In this document: positions 59,654 through 64,000 of the stretch, piece by piece
Numbering within the stretch: the first letter of the stretch is position 1
How the letters are laid out: every line of letters begins with the position of its first letter
Assembly: GCA_024239035.1 (NCBI GenBank)
Contig: JANBVK010000001.1
Coordinates: 42,262-106,261, forward strand
Origin: Patescibacteria group bacterium
Lineage (GTDB): Bacteria; Patescibacteriota; Minisyncoccia; UBA6257; GWB1-50-10
Direction of reading: 5' to 3'
DNA: 64,000 nt
Position numbers and translations under genes: made by a program
Notes under the pieces: model-generated
Told to the model about the DNA's origin: nothing
Seen by the model: only the letters and a program-made list of their open reading frames with translations
Databases searched by the model: none

Positions 59654-60157
59654 ATGGACGAACTAAAATTAATATACGACGAAGACCAGAAAGACAGGAA
59701 AGAAAAATTGTGGGAAAGAGATAGTAAATTGTTTGTAAAAAGAGACAAGATCAGACTAGAAAGAATTCTACAACTAATTAAAGAGAACAAACTCCGCTCT
59801 CCAGCGGATTACCTTCATGCGGCAATGATTCTCCAACACGGCAAAGAAACTAAACATTATGAACTCGCTCATGAATTTGCAAAAAGAGCCGCGGATAAAG
59901 GTTACACGCCACAAAAAGGAGAGGTGGATCCTTTATGGCTTTCCGCCGCCGCAAAAGATAGAGCACTCATGTCACAAGGGAAACCCCAACTCTATGGCAC
60001 CCAATTTAGAAAAAAATCACCAGATGGACCTTGGCATCTCTATGAGGTTGATCCGACCGTGACGGACGAAGAACGTGCTAAACTTCACGTCCCTCCTCTC
60101 ATAACAGCAAAAAAATGGACTGAAGAATCAAACAAATCAGAAAATGAGAAAAAATAA
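59654..60157 (+). CDS. hypothetical protein (DUF6624-like)
   Basis: EDQKDR, AAMILQHG, DRALM..GKPQLYGTQF; TATACT 6 nt upstream. Confidence 0.8.
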   Translation: MDELKLIYDEDQKDRKEKLWERDSKLFVKRDKIRLERILQLIKENKLRSPADYLHAAMILQHGKETKHYELAHEFAKRAADKGYTPQKGEVDPLWLSAAAKDRALMSQGKPQLYGTQFRKKSPDGPWHLYEVDPTVTDEERAKLHVPPLITAKKWTEESNKSENEKK

Positions 60158-60230
60158 ATATAACTAAAACACCACCCCAACTTCTTCACCTCCCCACGTC
60201 CTCACTTCCAACCAATCCCCCCATTCCTTC

Positions 60231-61424
60231 TTATCTATAATATCTTTTTCCTTGACCTTCGGGAAAACTGTTCGGACAAATTCCACTAGAAGAATAAACA
60301 ACATCCATTGTCTCGTCATCAATTAACTTGAAATAAACCCATCCTTCCGCATCACCAAAGTTAGGATAAAATTGATAACAATGATTATTAGTAACATCTT
60401 TTAGATCTTTGTACGTAGGGTTATTTGGATAAATCCAATGGGTGTTTTTATCGCCTAAACGCCCTATCGTAATTCTTTCTTCATCTCCCACAATTGGAAG
60501 AACGCTTCCATAATCTCCATCTTGGTAATATTCATAGAAACTTGTTAATACTTCCTTATCCAAAAACCACTGCCCGGAAATTGTTCCGGGAAAATCTCTG
60601 GAAACAGGTCCGCATTCTTGAACTTCAAACAACGTTCCTCCTCCACCTCCAATCAAATTATAATAGGCTTCTTTTTTCTCTCCGCTGTAAAAATCATAAG
60701 GGCAAACAGCATGCAATAAATTACTTCCACGTCCTGCTTCCTGCCTTTCTTGATTAGCAAACTGATTCACAACATTTATGTCATGAACTATAAAATCAAT
60801 TCCTGGACCTGCTGAATCCTGAATAAAATATGCAATTAAATCTCCTGCTTCAAATTTAATAGGATCTAACTGCGCTCCCCTACTATCTGATTTAACCTCA
60901 GGCAATTGCTGTGCAACGGAATCAACAACTTCTTTTAAATGAGAAAAAGACATTGTAACACCACATCCTGCATCGAAACTCAAAGCATAATCAGGACTCG
61001 AAGCATAATCAGGCAAATATCCTTCTTTTCCCGTAACCAGGTCCGGGTAATAGCGGCTTCCATATGTTAAAACCATTTCAGTAGGAGCATAAATAGGGAC
61101 TTTCTCTGTGCTATTTTTATTTAAGTCAATATAAACTCTCCCTACAGTATACTTTCCAGAACCGTGAACGCCCCCTATCTGCGTAACTTTCTGAATATGA
61201 ATTGGATCAACAAAATACTCTGTAAACTCAAAATTCTCACAATTTTTATTTTCAATTACTTGCCTTCCCTCTGTTATCTCACCAATATTATTTTCTTCTA
61301 CTCCTCTTTCACGATCATCAAAATCACTTGAAAAAGAGTCTTGTTGGGATTGAAATATAAAAATTACTCCTACTACTAGAAGAACTATTACGATCACAAT
61401 GCTGATTATCAAGTTTCTTTTCAT
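60231..61424 (-). CDS. membrane-anchored secreted protein, paralog 3 (M23-like fold suspected)
   Basis: N-terminal TM; IYAP, FSHL, AGDLI, VCPYDFY, GTISGQWF. Confidence 0.8.
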   Translation of the reverse strand: MKRNLIISIVIVIVLLVVGVIFIFQSQQDSFSSDFDDRERGVEENNIGEITEGRQVIENKNCENFEFTEYFVDPIHIQKVTQIGGVHGSGKYTVGRVYIDLNKNSTEKVPIYAPTEMVLTYGSRYYPDLVTGKEGYLPDYASSPDYALSFDAGCGVTMSFSHLKEVVDSVAQQLPEVKSDSRGAQLDPIKFEAGDLIAYFIQDSAGPGIDFIVHDINVVNQFANQERQEAGRGSNLLHAVCPYDFYSGEKKEAYYNLIGGGGGTLFEVQECGPVSRDFPGTISGQWFLDKEVLTSFYEYYQDGDYGSVLPIVGDEERITIGRLGDKNTHWIYPNNPTYKDLKDVTNNHCYQFYPNFGDAEGWVYFKLIDDETMDVVYSSSGICPNSFPEGQGKRYYR

Positions 61425-61449
61425 GGTTCTACTTATATATTATAAAAAT

Positions 61450-62667
61450 CTATCTTCCATATAGAGTGGGAGTCTTAAAGCTATAAGATCCCGAACAACT
61501 ACCAGATTGATGTTCAATTTTCAAATCTACATCACTGGTTAATTCCACAATTATCCTCCCTGATAAATCACTCCATCCAAAATTCCCTGCCTTTAAATTA
61601 TCATAGCAATAGATCTTTCCATCTGCCTTCACTTCATCAAAATCACGGTTAACGGTTCCTGAATGAGCCGGTACAAATTTCCAGAAATTGGCATCTGTAA
61701 AAACACCGCCTACTGAAATGACCTTATAATTTGGATCATCACTTGAGTGGACAAAAGAAAGATGCTCATCCCAAGGTCGAACTTGGTTGCTATCACCAAA
61801 AAACCAATTTCCCTGGAGCGTTGCAGGAACGTCCTGCGAAACCACACCGCACCTTGGGGCTTCCTCACGAGCAATTTTTCCGTAAAGCTCCGCTTGCACC
61901 TTTTGTTCAAAGTAATCAAGCGGACAAACAATATAAATAGATCTTTCGCCACTATACCTGTCCATATTTACATATTCTAAAAGGGTACGCGTATCATATG
62001 TTCCAAGATCAAAATTTCCTTGTAAATGTCCAACGCCTCCAATTACAGTTCCCGCAGCTACTTTGTATGATATTCTTTTCTCACAAGAATCATCTCCTCC
62101 AATGCCAAATTTTGTGCACTTCACCTTATTCAATTCCTCTTTCAAACCATCAGAGATTTCCTTCACATGATTATAATAACCATGAACGTCTTTACATAAT
62201 GAGAATTTAATAGAGTAATCTTTCCTGTCCGGGGCCATAAAATCAGAATTAGAGGTAACACTCGTTATAACAATGTCTCCCGGCGCTCTAAGAGGAATAA
62301 TTTCGGTTGTTAATCCCTGTTCATTGACGGCAATATAGATATGCTCGGTTGGGAACGTATGACCCGGAGGATGAAGACCTCCCAAGGGAGAAATGTCGTC
62401 AATTTCATCTAAGTCAACAGGAGAAACGGTGAAAAGTTCTTTTTTATCTCCACAAGAAGGAATGTTATTATTACTGAGAAGCTTTCTTTTTGCAGCATTG
62501 ATAAAATCAGAGATTGGTTTTGACTCTTCATCAACGTTTTCCTGAAAATCACTACTTTCACCAGAGTCTTCATATGTTTTAAACAAATTTGAGTTATTAA
62601 ATAAAAAAAATCCTCCAACGGCTAAAACCAATACTACTACAATTCCAATTATTAAATTCTTTTTCAT
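61450..62667 (-). CDS. membrane-anchored secreted protein, paralog 2
   Basis: N-terminal TM; PPGHTFPTEHIY, APGD, YNHV, AGTVIG, VCPLDYF, TLQGNWF. Confidence 0.85.
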   Translation of the reverse strand: MKKNLIIGIVVVLVLAVGGFFLFNNSNLFKTYEDSGESSDFQENVDEESKPISDFINAAKRKLLSNNNIPSCGDKKELFTVSPVDLDEIDDISPLGGLHPPGHTFPTEHIYIAVNEQGLTTEIIPLRAPGDIVITSVTSNSDFMAPDRKDYSIKFSLCKDVHGYYNHVKEISDGLKEELNKVKCTKFGIGGDDSCEKRISYKVAAGTVIGGVGHLQGNFDLGTYDTRTLLEYVNMDRYSGERSIYIVCPLDYFEQKVQAELYGKIAREEAPRCGVVSQDVPATLQGNWFFGDSNQVRPWDEHLSFVHSSDDPNYKVISVGGVFTDANFWKFVPAHSGTVNRDFDEVKADGKIYCYDNLKAGNFGWSDLSGRIIVELTSDVDLKIEHQSGSCSGSYSFKTPTLYGR

Positions 62668-62670
62668 TTT

Positions 62671-63981
62671 TTATCTGTTATATACAGTAGGGTTAATGAA
62701 CTTATAGCCTCCATTACAATCTCCGCTTTGATGTTCAATTTGCAGTTCTGTATCGCTAACCAATTCAATAATTATCCTGCCTTCGGGTTTTTCTTGACCT
62801 GTCCTACCGGGATCTTCGCCTTCGTAACAATAGATGTTTCCATCTGCAGTTACATCGCTAAATTTCCTATTGAAAAATCCTGTGTTCTTAGGCACGAATT
62901 CGTATTTTCCCGGACCCGTGAAACCTCCATCTATGGATATGATAATTTTAGACGGATTACTATTATCATGAACGAATGCAATGCTGTTTTCCCAGTCTCC
63001 TTCAACCTCACCAATAAACCAATTACCTTGTAATGTTCCCTTAATATCTTGCATCACTTCCCCACACTTTGGGTCGATACCACCAGTCACCTTATCATAA
63101 AGTTGCTGCCTCAACGGATCATCATATAATTCAATGGGGCAAACTACCGACCATCCTTTAACTTCACCCCGTTCAATAAAATATGGGATGCCATATCTTA
63201 AAGGATTGGCGTAGTTTAACCTTGTTCGATAATCATACGTACCAAAATCAACCTGGCCATGATGAGCGCCAACAGTACCCAGCACAGTTCCTGCTTTGAC
63301 CTTATATTGTAACTCTCTTGAACATAGGTCATTTGATTCTGTATACCAACTAGCACAATCAATATCCTTCACTGCTTCTCTGATCTCTTCTGAGAGCGTA
63401 CTTAAATGCCCGAAGTAACCGAACACATCCTTACATAACGCGAATCTAATACCTCGATCTATTTTGTCCAAATCTTTAGAGCCAGATACATCAATGATAT
63501 AGACATCCCCTGGTGCGACTAGCGGAACCTCCCCATCAATACCAAAGTACATATGCTCGGTAGGAAGCGTATGCCCCGGAGGGTTAATGCTCCCAAGTGG
63601 AAAAATATATTCAAGATTATTTACATCAACAACAGGAACTGTAAATGTCTGACCATCACATTCAGGCAGGACAGATTCCTCAACTTCTGTTTCCTGCTCG
63701 GCTAAATCGCTTTGTTCGTCAATTGGCTCTTCTTCAACATTTTCTTGAGAACCACTGACTTCACTAGAACCTTCGTCGTTATTACTGAGAGGCTTTCTTT
63801 CCGCAGTATCGATAAGATCAGAGACTGGTTTTGGCTCTTTATCAACGTTTTCCTGAAAATCACTACTTTCACCAGAATCTTCATATGTTTTGAACAAATT
63901 TGAGTTATTAAATAAAAAAAATCCTCCGCCAATGACTAAAACCAATACTACTAGAATTCCAATTATTAATTCTTTTTTCAT
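62671..63981 (-). CDS. membrane-anchored secreted protein, paralog 1
   Basis: N-terminal TM; PPGHTLPTEHMY, APGD, FGHL, AGTVLG, VCPIELY, TLQGNWF. Confidence 0.85.
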   Translation of the reverse strand: MKKELIIGILVVLVLVIGGGFFLFNNSNLFKTYEDSGESSDFQENVDKEPKPVSDLIDTAERKPLSNNDEGSSEVSGSQENVEEEPIDEQSDLAEQETEVEESVLPECDGQTFTVPVVDVNNLEYIFPLGSINPPGHTLPTEHMYFGIDGEVPLVAPGDVYIIDVSGSKDLDKIDRGIRFALCKDVFGYFGHLSTLSEEIREAVKDIDCASWYTESNDLCSRELQYKVKAGTVLGTVGAHHGQVDFGTYDYRTRLNYANPLRYGIPYFIERGEVKGWSVVCPIELYDDPLRQQLYDKVTGGIDPKCGEVMQDIKGTLQGNWFIGEVEGDWENSIAFVHDNSNPSKIIISIDGGFTGPGKYEFVPKNTGFFNRKFSDVTADGNIYCYEGEDPGRTGQEKPEGRIIIELVSDTELQIEHQSGDCNGGYKFINPTVYNR

Positions 63982-64000
63982 TCTATCTTATGTAAATTAT

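Overview
The gene content (leaderless housekeeping genes, a type IV pilus locus, short DnaX and Obg, a CPR-type Cys-rich protein) points to a Patescibacteria/CPR, Parcubacteria-like, chromosome segment using genetic code 11. The taxonomy is inferred, not database-checked. The window carries a 23S-5S rRNA unit with no linked 16S, RNase P RNA, tRNA-Gln(TTG), scattered peptidoglycan genes (ddl, murC, murG, ftsW, mraY, dacA-like), gltX, pgk, rnhA, scpAB, ychF, dnaX, obg, purB and a type IV pilus cluster. Many self-contained ORFans (promoter, strong SD, terminator) sit between these genes. The most notable region is a candidate island of about 6.3 kb at the tRNA-Gln 3' end. It has nested att-like copies and encodes a 1451-aa NACHT/STAND NTPase fused to a PD-(D/E)XK nuclease and a HAD phosphatase. 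Upstream of that gene are perfect palindromes spaced 43 bp apart and a REP-flanked GIY-YIG mini-cassette. Related short palindromes and heptamer repeats lie in frame inside core genes. Other oddities are a lipoprotein cassette bounded by palindromic direct repeats, a 214-bp rod-like element, a beta-barrel-like protein and a tandem array of secreted paralogs. All calls come from reading the sequence by eye; no searches were run.
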